Shown here piece after piece: positions 10,978 to 23,721 of a stretch of DNA of 32,836 nt (positions within the stretch are counted from its first letter, which is position 1; each line of letters opens with the position of its first letter). The DNA is taken from positions 101,526,183 through 101,559,018 of the forward strand of contig NC_068986.1 of assembly GCF_001194135.2 (NCBI RefSeq), written 5' to 3'. Source of the DNA: Octopus bimaculoides (Eukaryota). Made by a program: the position numbers and the translations under genes. Under the pieces are notes generated by a model. It was not told where the DNA came from, searched no databases, and worked only from the letters and a program-made list of their open reading frames with translations.

Positions 10978-13900
10978 NNNNNNNNNNNNNNNNNNNNNNN
11001 NNNNNNNNNNNNNNNNNNNNNNNNNNNNNNNNNNNNNNNNNNNNNNNNNNNNNNNNNNNNNNNNNNNNNNNNNNNNNNNNNNNNNNNNNNNNNNNNNNNN
11101 NNNNNNNNNNNNNNNNNNNNNNNNNNNNNNNNNNNNNNNNNNNNNNNNNNNNNNNNNNNNNNNNNNNNNNNNNNNNNNNNNNNNNNNNNNNNNNNNNNNN
11201 NNNNNNNNNNNNNNNNNNNNNNNNNNNNNNNNNNNNNNNNNNNNNNNNNNNNNNNNNNNNNNNNNNNNNNNNNNNNNNNNNNNNNNNNNNNNNNNNNNNN
11301 NNNNNNNNNNNNNNNNNNNNNNNNNNNNNNNNNNNNNNNNNNNNNNNNNNNNNNNNNNNNNNNNNNNNNNNNNNNNNNNNNNNNNNNNNNNNNNNNNNNN
11401 NNNNNNNNNNNNNNNNNNNNNNNNNNNNNNNNNNNNNNNNNNNNNNNNNNNNNNNNNNNNNNNNNNNATATATATATATATATATATATACAGATATGTA
11501 TGCACATGTATATCTAAATACATATACACTTATACAAACATATATGTGTGTCTCTGTCTCTCTGTTTGTTCATATTTGTGTGTATATATCTGTGTATATA
11601 TTTATGGAAACGTGTATCCATTATTATTTTCACAGGTCTATATCATTTTTTGGTTCGTTGTATGTAGTGTTTATTTTTGTGGTTCGTAAAACTGGCGTCT
11701 GGAATCGAATAAAATATAGTATCTATGAAAATATGGAAACTGAGGCAGCTTGTACACAGCGCAGGAGATGCAGGGAGAGAAAAAAATGGAGAGTTTTATT
11801 ACATAGACTCAACCTTCAGACACTCGTCGGATATGCTAGATTGTATTATATCACCTACTCTTCCTTTCTCTCGTTTATTTTCCAACAGCTGACACATGCA
11901 ATTACAGTTCTTCCTGCGTGTGATAATACTTAAAGCCATTTTCAACTGTTTCTGAGACATCTGAGACCCACTCTAATAGACATTAATTTGTAGCATTTGG
12001 TCTCCATCGCACTTTTTTTCGGGAATTTAGTTTCAAGCAATTTCAATACATGCCAGATACACCTTCTAAATGAAGAAGGAAATATTAAGTCTTGATACAA
12101 AAATAATCACCCCAAGCAATTCGCTCAAATTTCTTTCGTTCGCTATGTTAAATATTCTTGTTGCAACTTAAATATGTTGTTTGCGCAACAAACATCCTAA
12201 GTAATTTTAATTTTTTTTCTTTAAAGTCATGAGTTTGAGTGTGTATATGTGTGTGTGTACGCGCGTGCAATGTGTGTGTGTATGACATGTGTGTGTGCAT
12301 GTGTGGTGCGTGTGTGTGGTTCTGGAAATTGAATAAATACTTGTTAAATATGAAATTCGCTTCGTCACTTTGTTTTCATTTGGGTTTTTCATTCAGATTT
12401 TCAGTTGTTACCCTTATATTTCTTTACCTGTCTAAATCATTAAAGCCAAGAACTTCCTTCCTCAATGTACTTGTAATGTTGGCTAAAAAAAAACTATTGC
12501 TGAAACAGCATGTTTTATCACGCCGGTGTGTTTTATCACAATGTTTTATAACGCTCTTAAATCTATAGGTTATTTTGACGTCGAAGCGCTGGTATCCTGG
12601 AAGTCAAGGGTCGTACTAGTGATTGGGGTTAAATCTTCCCTACGGATTTATTATATGATGTTGACACGCGAGTCTAAATTGATGTAACACTGGATACTAT
12701 AACATTTAATCATGAATAGTGAAAATATTATTTCAACGGCTTTTATCAACTGCTTGCAGCACCAGCAATAATTAGGAAACTATTGCTAGACCTAGCAACA
12801 TGCAGCAACATTTAATGTAACTTTTAACTTTGTATGATGCAGGGAATTCTCTATTGGTAGAATATACTTGCACATATTAATTATCTTAGGATCATATCCA
12901 TAATAAGCCCGCTGTATTTCTAGTGGTGGTACTTCAATTTAAGAATTTTGTTTCACTAGGTTCTAAGTAACAAACGGTTTCTGCCAGCGGGCATCTACAG
13001 GATGCTTGTGTGGATAAGAACACAGGTTCGCTTTAATCCTCTTGAATGTTTTATAGGTTTCCAGTTAAAGTACTTTAATTAACATATATTGCTATTTGCT
13101 CCCGTGTTAAATTGTATTATTTCTATTCCTAATAAATCTACCTCACACGGTGAGGTAGTAATCTATTTCTATGTCAAACAAACCTAGACAGAAGACAATT
13201 ATCCCTTCCTCGCACAAATATTATCTTTCGATTATTATAATCATCATATTCATTCTCTTATCCTTTGTAAATTCGAAAGCCTGGAGAGAAAAAAAAAACA
13301 TCATTTTGTTATCAATTTAGAAAAAAAATGTTCATATTCACCATCCCTAGAAATTTGTGGCGTATTTGTGCGTCTGCATCATTACAAAAAATAATTTAGC
13401 CGCTCACTGTGTTAATGGCTGTCATACTTAAATAGTTCACTAATTTGATTAATCGATTTGTTTCACTCAGAGCAATATTTTTCTTTATTTATTTTTTACC
13501 ATGAAAATTCCTGAAAATATTTTCTTCCGTGGTAGCAGCTGCAATAATATTAACTACAAGTACTATTTGCTGTTGAAGTGCAGTTTTTATTATTGCTGTT
13601 TTTATAACAAACCAATATTTCAATTAATTAACGTTGATTTCACATGCCAACCAAATGTTTGTTTATTGATTGTCTTTTTCTTTTTCCAATTTTCCTGTCA
13701 AATGTTATCAGCATTTATTCAAACTCTCAATGTGGGATTTGTGTTACTTGAGACAGTTAAAATATTCACATGTACAATGCATTTTAATACCGCAATAACA
13801 AATCTATAAAACTTCTGATTTTATAACACGCATCCTTAAATTAAATGAAGAGGAGATAATTTAAAGGGTACTATTTAACGAAGTCTACTAATTGCTAGAA

Positions 13901-14594
13901 ATAGTAGTGTATTGAACCTCAGTTTCTTGCTGTGTGCATTTACATTATGAATGTGTATGCCGCCAAGGCTCTCATTTACGTTTCACAAAATCAAGAGTGA
14001 TGCAGTAACATAATTTCTGTCCGAGACAACGGGTTTGATGCTCGTATAACAGAGAGAATCAAAGCATTGTTTTCTCTCATAGTCCCTTTACACCGGTGAC
14101 TCGCGTATATTATGAATGTTCAGTGTCTAAATAGATTAGGTACACTTGTTTGATAAACAACAGTGATCATGATCAGATATTTTTGAAGTGCCAGAAATTA
14201 TGAATATATATGTTATTATTTGGATTCTCAATGTTATGCAAGCAACTATGGAATTATGTTTGGCACACATGGAATATTTTTTTTTATTCCTTTAAAATAT
14301 AATTCGCGCTTTTTAAAATTCATTTCTCCGGTGAGGGGCCTTTGATCGAGGAGTCACATAATGCGGTCGAAACAAAACAGTTTCTGGAAGTACAGGTCCA
14401 CTGTGTGTTCATATTACATTCACGTGTATTGTGAGCACAGATCATCTAAAAGGCGGGTGGTCTTCTTCAATAGCCAAAACGGAAACGTATTACAAATGGA
14501 TATGTTATTGTTATAAACATCAACGAGGAGGTCCCATTGAGTTCAAGCGAAAGCCTATTCGTGATCACTCTCGTATCTGACTCCAGAATTGTAG

Positions 14595-15004
14595 AATATG
14601 ACACGTTGCGTCAAATCTAGCCCTGAGTATTCTGCACTCAAATTGTTATATAATGGTGCACTCTTATGTACAGGTATGCTTCTGAATTACATATGCTACA
14701 TCAAGGATGATGTGTGGCTCTAAGAACACTAACATGTAGCTACTTTGATTGACATACTTCTGCATTTCAACGTGCGCTAGTAATGATTTCCTTAGTAGGT
14801 GCAATAACATACTGTATACAGAAGAGCGGTAAACCTTTGTCTACACAATGTTTGCATAAATTTTTCCCACCAGGCAAAATGAGCCATGGTATCACCATGG
14901 CAGGTGATATCGCTCGACTTAATGGCAAACATTTAGACATAATTACTGGTGACATTAAAGACACTACACGGTCAAGAATTAGTATACCAGTATTGATTAA
15001 CTGA
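14595..15004 (+). other. Candidate pair of coding exons (14595-14673 and 14799-15004) of an unidentified gene; alternatively part of a decayed ORF
   Basis: TTGTAG|AAT...ACAG|GTATGC, a 125-bp putative intron, then TTAGTAG|GTGCA. The phase-1 join gives ...LLYNGALLCTGAITYCIQKSGKPLSTQCLHKFFPPG...IPVLIN*. No family recognised. Confidence 0.3.
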
Positions 15005-15340
15005 TGAATTTTTTGTTTCTTTATGGGATGTTACTCGGCTTACATGATAATTCGCCCACTTTTTGCACTTATGTAACTGCTTCGAGAAAAAAATAAGCTT
15101 TACATAAAATTCGCACCCAGCGTTTAAAGAGTTAGCGTCGACGTTTTCGATACAAGAAGTTAAGTTTTCAGTAAGCCGAATAGTTACAGTGTTATTTTAC
15201 ACACCTGCTTCCTCCCACATATTGTTTCCAATGGAAACTCATTTAAAGCTTCTGAAAGCTCTACCCTGAAAAAAGCTTTATTCATTGTGCAACAATATTA
15301 GTCAAGTGAGATCCCCATAAATTATAACAGAAATGTGATG

Positions 15341-15620
15341 GATTGTAACTCTTGCCATTTAATGTACGCAACACGGTGCACCAAACCGAACTCTGTTTAT
15401 CTTAGTTGTGCAACAGAAAAAATAGATAAAAGAGTCAACGGTCATGGCTATGACGTCAGACACGATAACAGCATTTCGGCCGATCATTTTAAATGAAACG
15501 GCTCTAAATTTAAAGAACATCTGAAAGTAAACATTCTCAGAAAATGTTCTGATGCCACTATTTTTAGTCCTCAAAATGCCTGGGAATAAATAAATTTGCG
15601 AATGACTATCGACATAGCCT
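15341..15620 (+). mobile_element. Penelope-like element GIY-YIG endonuclease remnant
   Basis: The + frame from 15341 reads DCNSCHLMYATRCTKPNSVYLSCATEKIDKRVNGHGYDVRHDNSISADHFK*...HLKVNIL. This matches the PLE pattern C-S-N-IY-I-C--C---YIG-T---R-N-H---AxHF, with decayed GIY and YIG motifs and in-frame stops. Confidence 0.6.
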
Positions 15621-15903
15621 GTACGAACAAACAATGTCACAAAAGAATTCTATCATATTTACTCAGAACTTTTTTGCTGTGCTCTCGTTCTTTTCTCTTT
15701 TCTTATTTTTTTTTTCGTTCTTCCTTTGTTACAAGTTATAAATAAACGGAAATTGATGACGGTGTTGTTTTCGTAAAGGAACGTAGAATATTTTAAATCT
15801 CTTCATTTCTGCACACTTTTCATTTTTAACCTGAAAAATACATATTCACTCGGAATATTTATCTCAACAGAGTGATTCTCCATCGTATCGTGCACTTCTT
15901 GTA

Positions 15904-16026
15904 GTAACAATAAGAGCATCACAGCAAACCACAGCACATACTACCCAAGGCGCACAGAGCTGCGCTCGGTAGTGAAGTGAAAGCACGTTATAAAAATAAA
16001 ACTACTGAACAATAATAATAATAATG
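15904..16026 (+). mobile_element. Probable 3' UTR and (AAT)n tail of a non-LTR retrotransposon (R4/Dong-like)
   Basis: GC-richer segment ...GCACAGAGCTGCGCTCGGTAGTGAAGTGAAAGCACGTTATAAAAATAAAACTACTGAA ending in (AAT)n. I recall this as a common octopus repeat end; not verified by search. Confidence 0.45.
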
Positions 16027-17207
16027 GATAATACTGTTGATTATAACGAGGATGTAGAGGATGACAATAGTAAAGAGGATGACGACGATGATGATGCTAA
16101 TGATGATATCGAACGAACGATTACGTACTCGGTATTGAAGCTTAGACGATTATTGTGGAACGGTGCTCAATAATTTATTGATGAAGTTTAACGAAAGAAT
16201 ACTGATCTCGGCTGCGCAAGGGAACATTTAGAGAATATACAGTGGTGACGAAGAAAAAAAAATAGGTAAAAAGCTGTTAAATTTTTAATGGATATGTAAT
16301 GAGTTTAAATGTGATTGGATTTTTACAGAATGATCCTTACACAGACTCGCCAAAAAATATTGAACCAAGAATTCTTAACAGGTGAGAACGACATTTCGTC
16401 CACGTGGCTCTATTTGTGAGCTATATGAGTTTTCGTCCTAAATTGATTCTTAAAGGCCAATGATATTCATTATTGCAAACTGACTGCCATTTCAACTGTG
16501 TTGTTACGTTGTTTCTCTTAGGGTCAAACCTAGTTTCCAAATGCATGACAGCCATTAATACTAAGCCTCTTTCTTAGCTATATCCTCATACTATGAAAGG
16601 GGACTGAAATTTCTAACAAGTCAATTGTATATGGACACTTTCCGAAATTTATGTTTATAGTAAATATAATTGATTTGTTTCAGTTTATGATGAAAAGTAT
16701 TCTAACTATTCACATCAGGTAAAGTTTATGAGTATTTAGTACGTTCGAGTAATTTAAACAATAGAGTTCCCATTGTGTGAAATTAAATTTTTGATTCTAG
16801 TAAACCGAGCATGGGAATAATTCTCTTGTGGTCTGTATACAGAGACACATCCGCAAGTATATTGATCCTCAGTGACATTGCACTAGAGAAACATCAGTAA
16901 CGGACACAAGATTAAATGTATTTATCAGTCACCTTACGCATTCCAACTAAACAGTTTTCTTTAAACCGAAACACTCTTTTCAAAAATATAACCAACACAT
17001 ATACACTTAGATAAATACACGCACATAGATAATAATGTTTGTGTGGGGGCGTGTCTATTTCTCCACCCAAACTTTCATTTTATGTGATAATTGCCTTCTC
17101 CATTGGCACCACTTGAGTGGTACATCTCGATGTTTTAATATTCTACGCCAACACTCAAGTTTTAAATTTTGTTTCGCCCATTCTCTCATGTTCTCTGTCA
17201 CGCACTT

Positions 17208-17228
17208 ACACACACACACACACACACA

Positions 17229-17265
<37 letters not shown>
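17208..17265. repeat. Compound (CA)n(CT)n microsatellite
   Basis: Direct reading. Confidence 0.97.
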
Positions 17266-17267
<2 letters not shown>

Positions 17268-19525
17268 GCTTTTTGTTATTCTTCTTTTTTACACTGGAGC
17301 TGCTGTCAAATTCATTTATTTTCTCCCTCTGCATTTGATTGTTTTCATACATGTTCCAGTTTCTCCACTTTCTCTCTGCCTATTATGTTCCTCTTTGTCT
17401 CTACTTCTCTAATTCTCTCAATGGTCTCTTTTACTTCTTGTTTCCGTTTATTTCTGTCCTGTTTTATTAAAAGTATTCCAAAAACTGTTATCCCTGGAAA
17501 TGAAGCAGTAATGCGCCAGATTTAGCGAGGTGCTTAGTATGTCGAGTTTCCAAATCTGATGGTATACAAGTCTTCGACGTCTCATTATAACTGATTTAAT
17601 TAAGCAGGTTGCCAAATTTCGGGTGTGTCTGTTTAAATCATGGCTACGAGTGAATATACTGTTCCCATTAATAAGTGATTTGTTAAAAGTGACGCATCAC
17701 TACTGTCAGAGAAGGATGTTGCTTATTTATGGGCAGCCTCTTCTGTAAGTGTAAGTACTCTTGTAGGTGTATAAACAAATGAACATCAGCTGTAAGGAAA
17801 ACAAATAGATATTGCTACCAATAATTCATCTTCAAGTAGACGTGAGACCCGACATCAAAATGAACTACCACACAGGCTGCAGATAAATAGCTGAAACTCC
17901 GGGCGAGAGACAAGCAGATCTCCAATAGCAGTTCGTTGAACGGATAACAGATAGACATTAGGAAACCTTTCAAAATAGGTATACCAGGCTAAATTCCATT
18001 TTCTAGATACATCCAAAATTTGGTCACAGTGTGATATTGACAAGGCGAGGATAATTGTCTATGTTCATTCCTATCCAAGACATTTGCTGCTCACATTGTC
18101 GTAATATTCTTCAAATCAGTGAATAAATGGTAATTTATCTTCCTACGATGTCTAGTTACAATTTCCGCTTTGAATATATAAAACAACTGCAAGAGCTCTA
18201 CCCATTTCTGTCAGACAATGCATCAGTAGCGATAAGACATTTTAAATATTTCTGAGTGGAAAAAGATACCCTTATATACAACATTTGAAATGTGTTTACT
18301 TCAGTAAATCAATTACTGGAAAGTGAATTCAAAGTTCCAGCTGAGTCTGTTGTATCCATTTGTAAAATCGTTGCAGCGGCCTCGGATGCAGCACTGTAAT
18401 TACTAATGCATATACCACAACGAAATGGAAATTAAGACTTGAAGTTGTTCCTGTCGAAGTGTCACTTGTCACTGCCATTGTAATATAGTATGCTGCACAT
18501 TCAGTCAACAACAGTATATTCATTAATTGCAATTCGATTATCCTCAACCGATGCATTTAATTTACACTTGGATTGCTTGTTTATAATGTCTATACTATGT
18601 AATAACGTCAAAAGGCCTTCCGAAGTATTTCAAACAACCAAAACAAAAATCTTTTTCGTAATATTACTGTACGATTAAAATGCTCTGTGCCATTAAATTC
18701 ATTTCAAATTTAGCTAATGTATCAACTCTATCCCCAATATTCTGGTATTGGTATAGATTGCATATATAGCAACTGCAATGCCATCGACAAGTTCATGTAT
18801 AAATACAGTCACGAAATCAGAAATATGACTTCTCTCCGATTAATCATAGGGAAGCCAATAATTTATAAACATATACGCTGTGGTATGAATATCAAATATT
18901 CCTCACAATGAACCCAAATATACTACAGATCTAAAAGCATTCTATTCCGCTGCCCTCTTAAAAATATGAGAACAAAGTGGATTTATTTTCCTTGCTTCAT
19001 TTGGTGGATATTCTTATTCAGTTAATTGCTAACCCCGGTCGATCAAGACATAGCTACTGCAGTTGTTTATTTTACGTACTGCCAGCTCATTCTTTTCTGG
19101 AGGTCATGCAGAAAATTAGATTTCCCAATATCACTTCAACGGTGTAATATTAATGCACCAGACAATTCCAAATGCTAGTCTATGACGAATGGACAATAGC
19201 AGAACAGAAAAATCCGGAGGATATGCCAAGAAATTACAGTGATTGTGTGACAATGGGTCAGAGATGGTGTTGCCATATGGCTTCCGTTGCAACATGCTAT
19301 TTTCCCAACATGATGATAAACTGATGAAATTTGTGCTTATCTCCGATCAAAACTGCTTTAGATTAAATTGTTCAAATTCTTTACAAATATGAGACACAAT
19401 ACAATTCGAGATGGATGTTCTGAACACTTTACCAAAGATTTAATCTAGTTACTGAAGTAAGTTTTCTTCTCCTATGAGATTGTTTGGTTCCTGAAATGTT
19501 GGTAATATTACAACTAATCTGCTGT

Positions 19526-19645
19526 GGTCAACTTTGCCTTTCACCGTTTCCACTCTCTATAAAATAAGTACCAGTTGCGCACTGGAGTTGAAGAAACAGA
19601 CTTAACCTCTCATACAACAATGCTGGCCTTGTGCCAAAATTCGAA
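19526..19645 (+). mobile_element. 3' fragment of a SINE related to the 26308-26513 copy
   Basis: GGTCAACTTTGCCTTTCA...TAAAATAAGTACCAGTTGCGCACTGG...GGCCTTGTGCC corresponds to the reverse complement of the 26308-26420 segment (GTCGACTTTG...AAATAAGTACCAGTT...GGCCTTGTGCC). Confidence 0.7.
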
Positions 19646-20299
19646 AGCAACCTCATGCTTTACACACACCAATGCTGACACAACGTTTGGGAATATGACT
19701 GCATGACATCCAGTAAGAAGTATGTTGGTACTACGTAACAAAATAACTTGAAAGTGGCCGACTGTAGCCAGTAGTAAACTGAACAGAAATGTTTTCCGCG
19801 ATCTCCTATGTCTATCAAGGGAGATAATTCTATCTATTTAGTGGTCTATATAAAAAGATAGAATAGAATGCTCCTAGACCTCGAGTGTATTTGAGCTCAT
19901 GAATATCTAACTAAATACAAGTAAGTATAGAAGAGGAAAAAGCAAATAAATTAGCATTGAATGTGTTTTCGAATCATCCATGTCACTGATTAATCCATAT
20001 AACTGTGGATGACTGTTGCAGCCATTATCGTAAATTGTTGCACAAATCAAATGACACAGATATGTATTATGAAACGTGATACGTTACTCCCTAGAAATTT
20101 TAAATGCATTGCAAACAACGTCTACTGCGATACAAACTTCAACTTATAAACGGACAACCAGTAGTACTTACACCATACTCCTTAAAATCTAATATTATAT
20201 CTACGAGTGTGTGTAGAAAGGTTCCTGGCTTTGGTTAAAAGAAAATACTGGAGGATCAATTAATTATGATTTAATTCAATATATTCCCTTTTAAAATTT

Positions 20300-21300
20300 A
20301 CATATTCATTCAAGCAGGTCTTCAATTTTTTCTAAGCTTTTAAAAACATCTTGGAACGTTGGGCCTCCAGCCAGGCCTCTGTAACAGCGATCACTTCCGA
20401 ACCAGAGTGATATTTTGCCCCCTTGAGATGTTTCTTCAGTTCTGGAAAGAGGTGATAATCGGAGCGGGCACGGCAGGAGAGTAAGATGGGTGGTCTACCA
20501 AATCGAAGCCAAAGACGTGCATTTTCCGTAGACTTTCATGAGCTTTATTTGCTAGTGCACTGTCCTGCAAAGCGGGAAAATACGGCTTACATTTCGATGG
20601 TGTGTCTTCTTCAAAGTTTCACGCAGTTCGTCCAACAGAGAATAGTATTCTGCATTGATCGTGCAACATTGGCAGGTGTTTCATGAAGAGTACGCCGTCT
20701 TTGTCCCAGAACAATGAAGGCAGAAACTTTGCAGCTGATTTCTGAGTCCGAAATATCTCGAGTCGCAGTGAACCATTGTGGTATCACTCCAGTGATTGCT
20801 GATTGATTTAGGGATCATAAAGCCACAATTCCCCCATGGTGACTAGACGAGCCTCTGCCGCGGCTAACCGGTCCTAAATCACTTTTTCTTCTCACTGGGA
20901 TGCGCTTTCATCTGCGTTCAAGCTTTTCAGCACCCATTTTTTTGAAAAGCTTACTCATGACTAGGTTGTGGATAATGTGGCCAGAAATCTCGTAGGAAAT
21001 ACTCAGAGTTTCAGTTATGACTCGAGTTGAAATCTGTCGGTCGCCGAGAAGCATGACGTGCATAGCGTCGGCTCTTTTCTCTGCGGTCGCGATAATTGAC
21101 CGTCATGAACGGGGTTCGTCTGTGACCTCTAAATGACCAATACGAAACTTGACACCCAGATTTTTACTGTACAGTAGGATACGGGCAGCCATCCTTCAAG
21201 ACTTTCTTCATTTCACCATGCATTTCCGACCCTCCTTTCCCTTACAAAAAAGAGGACCTACAGGAACCCCTGCGTTATTGTTGTTCCAAAATCCGCTGTA
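20300..21300 (-). mobile_element. Decayed mariner (DD34D-type) transposase
   Basis: Minus-strand motifs KWVLKSLNAD (WVPHEL-like, about 20921-20937), RLVTMGELWLYDP, FWDKDGV (about 20692-20712), TINAEYY and HPSYSP...SDYHLFPELKKHLKG (about 20440-20493). Multiple frameshifts and stops; no TIRs recognised. Confidence 0.88.
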
Positions 21301-22635
21301 AAAGCTGACATCATGTGTTAAATCTGCAAAAAAAAAAAAAAAACAGAAAGTCATATGGTATATCATGCGTTTTCACTTATCTTGTCCTAAATATTTGCTC
21401 TACTTTTCCTGTAAAGGTGACATCTCCACTCTTTCGCCATACCATTAAAGTCAGGAAATTTTCAGCACCCCTTCGTATTTGGTCCTAATATTTGGATGCA
21501 ATTTTTACTACGATTATTATAAATAATATGCAATTACTCTTTAAACTCCAGTAATAAAGAAAAATGATACGTTGTCACTATTTATATGGCCATAACTATC
21601 AGCAGATTGCAAATTTATTGGGATGACCCAATAACGTCTTTATACGCACTTCTGATGGTAAAAGAAAGCTTCTGAGGAACTAACATGTCAATGTTAAAAA
21701 TTATGTAAGTTGCGAAAGATTCTTAATAGCAAATTAAATGACGATCGCTACTGATAATTGTATTGCTGCATGTAGTAATGATCGCAAATAAGCAGCTCAG
21801 ATTGGATACTCCAGCGTCTACATGTCAAACAAATAAGCTTATATTCTTGCGTAAAGAAATATGACATGTAAATACGTTTTAGAAATGTTTTTTGTTTCAG
21901 AATTAAATGTATCTCAACCACTTATGTATACTTCTATGATACGCTCGAAAGCGATGTATCAGGTTTACATAATGAAAATTATGAAATATGCTCTTAATAT
22001 GTCACATCTATCAGTAGCACAATGAATTAGATAGAGCATTTCAATATACGTGACAGACGTCTATGCATTTTCCGTATGGAAGCAGTGCTAATGTCTATAG
22101 ATTATATATATATATTAAGATGATTTTGAGGCAATATTCATATTATAGTTTATGTGTGTCTGAATGTATATGCCAAAGGAAGGATATTTAAAATGTACAT
22201 CAAATATAACCGAAAGAAAGGATTACTTCAATTTGAAATTACTTAAATTTGGAAAGACAGGAATAAATACATTTCTAATGTATAAAAAAAAATCGAAAAC
22301 AAGTAAAAAATGATTATATGTACACAGATGTATTGTGAATCACGTTCTTAAAATGCTATAATCATGCATTTCTTTCGAGAAAAGAAAATGAAGAACTTAA
22401 CAAAACCAAATTTTTTTATAGAAAAATGGAAACTGTGCTGTTTCCTTTAATTCAATATCATTTCGTGTTTTTTTTTCTGTAATTTATTTTCTTTCTTTGT
22501 CTTCAAAAATAACAACCCATAAAACAGAAAAAAATATCAGAGACCATCTTTTTTCACCATGATCCACCAACGAGTTAATGAGATCGTTTTCATTCAGGAT
22601 ATAAAAATCTATGCAGGTATTTTGAGAGTTCACGT

Positions 22636-23349
22636 AATATATATATATATGTATATATATGCGGGTATATATACCTACATATATGTGTGGATATATATAT
22701 ATATATATATACATGTGTATATATGTGTATTTATATATGTACATACATATATATGTATATATATATATGTACGTATCTACATACATATGCATACTTATAT
22801 ATATAGACACACATATATTCATACATATTTATACTTATACATTCATACATACTCATATATATACACACGCATATATAAATGCATACATGTACGTACATAT
22901 ATATATACACTTATACATATATATATATATATATATACACGCATATGTATATATATATATANNNNNNNNNNNNNNNNNNNNNNNNNNNNNNNNNNNNNNN
23001 NNNNNNNNNNNNNNNNNNNNNNNNNNNNNNNNNNNNNNNNNNNNNNNNNNNNNNNNNNNNNNNNNNNNNNNNNNNNNNNNNNNNNNNNNNNNNNNNNNNN
23101 NNNNNNNNNNNNNNNNNNNNNNNNNNNNNNNNNNNNNNNNNNNNNNNNNNNNNNNNNNNNNNNNNNNNNNNNNNNNNNNNNNNNNNNNNNNNNNNNNNNN
23201 NNNNNNNNNNNNNNNNNNNNNNNNNNNNNNNNNNNNNNNNNNNNNNNNNNNNNNNNNNNNNNNNNNNNNNNNNNNNNNNNNNNNNNNNNNNNNNNNNNNN
23301 NNNNNNNNNNNNNNNNNNNNNNNNNNNNNNNNNNNNNNNNNNNNNNNNN

Positions 23350-23394
<45 letters not shown>

Positions 23395-23600
23395 GCATAT
23401 CATACACAGCTACATATATATATTCTTATTGTTCATATACATATATACGTGTGTCTCTGTACATATATACATATATGTATATATAAAGTCATATATACGT
23501 ATATGTATGAATACAGATGTGTATATACATATACATTTATATATGTTTGTGTGTGTGTACGTGTGTGTATGTATGCATTTAGCAACTAACATACATACAT
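22636..23600. repeat. Degenerate (TA)n/(CATA)n microsatellite block spanning an assembly gap, just downstream of the PXYLP1 stop
   Basis: Direct reading; the N-run is at 22962-23349. Confidence 0.95.
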
Positions 23601-23721
23601 GCATTCAGACATTATGTACAGTTATGTTTTCTTTTCCCTCGAAATTTATATGACTGTTTTTTTTTTTTTTTATTCATGAAATACCTCTTTCATCCATTTG
23701 CAAAACAAATTTTTATGTAGT

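Noticed and set aside
17460-19460. Stop codons recoded to Trp by A-to-I editing, or a TGA=Trp code, restoring a long ORF
   Set aside because: All three stop types and frameshifts occur, so ordinary decay or non-coding DNA explains it more simply and nothing supports recoding.
7625-19460. Loose resemblance of the islands to large DUF3638-type proteins
   Set aside because: There were only vague by-eye similarities and none of the diagnostic motifs I recall was found.
20486-20686. Plus-strand ORF 20486-20686; also ORFs 25863-26087 and 31962-32189
   Set aside because: They overlap or are antisense to mariner, SINE and Tc1 remnants respectively.
3943-23653. Long ORFs containing X runs and YI/HT/CV repeats
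   Set aside because: They are translations of N-gaps and dinucleotide microsatellites.
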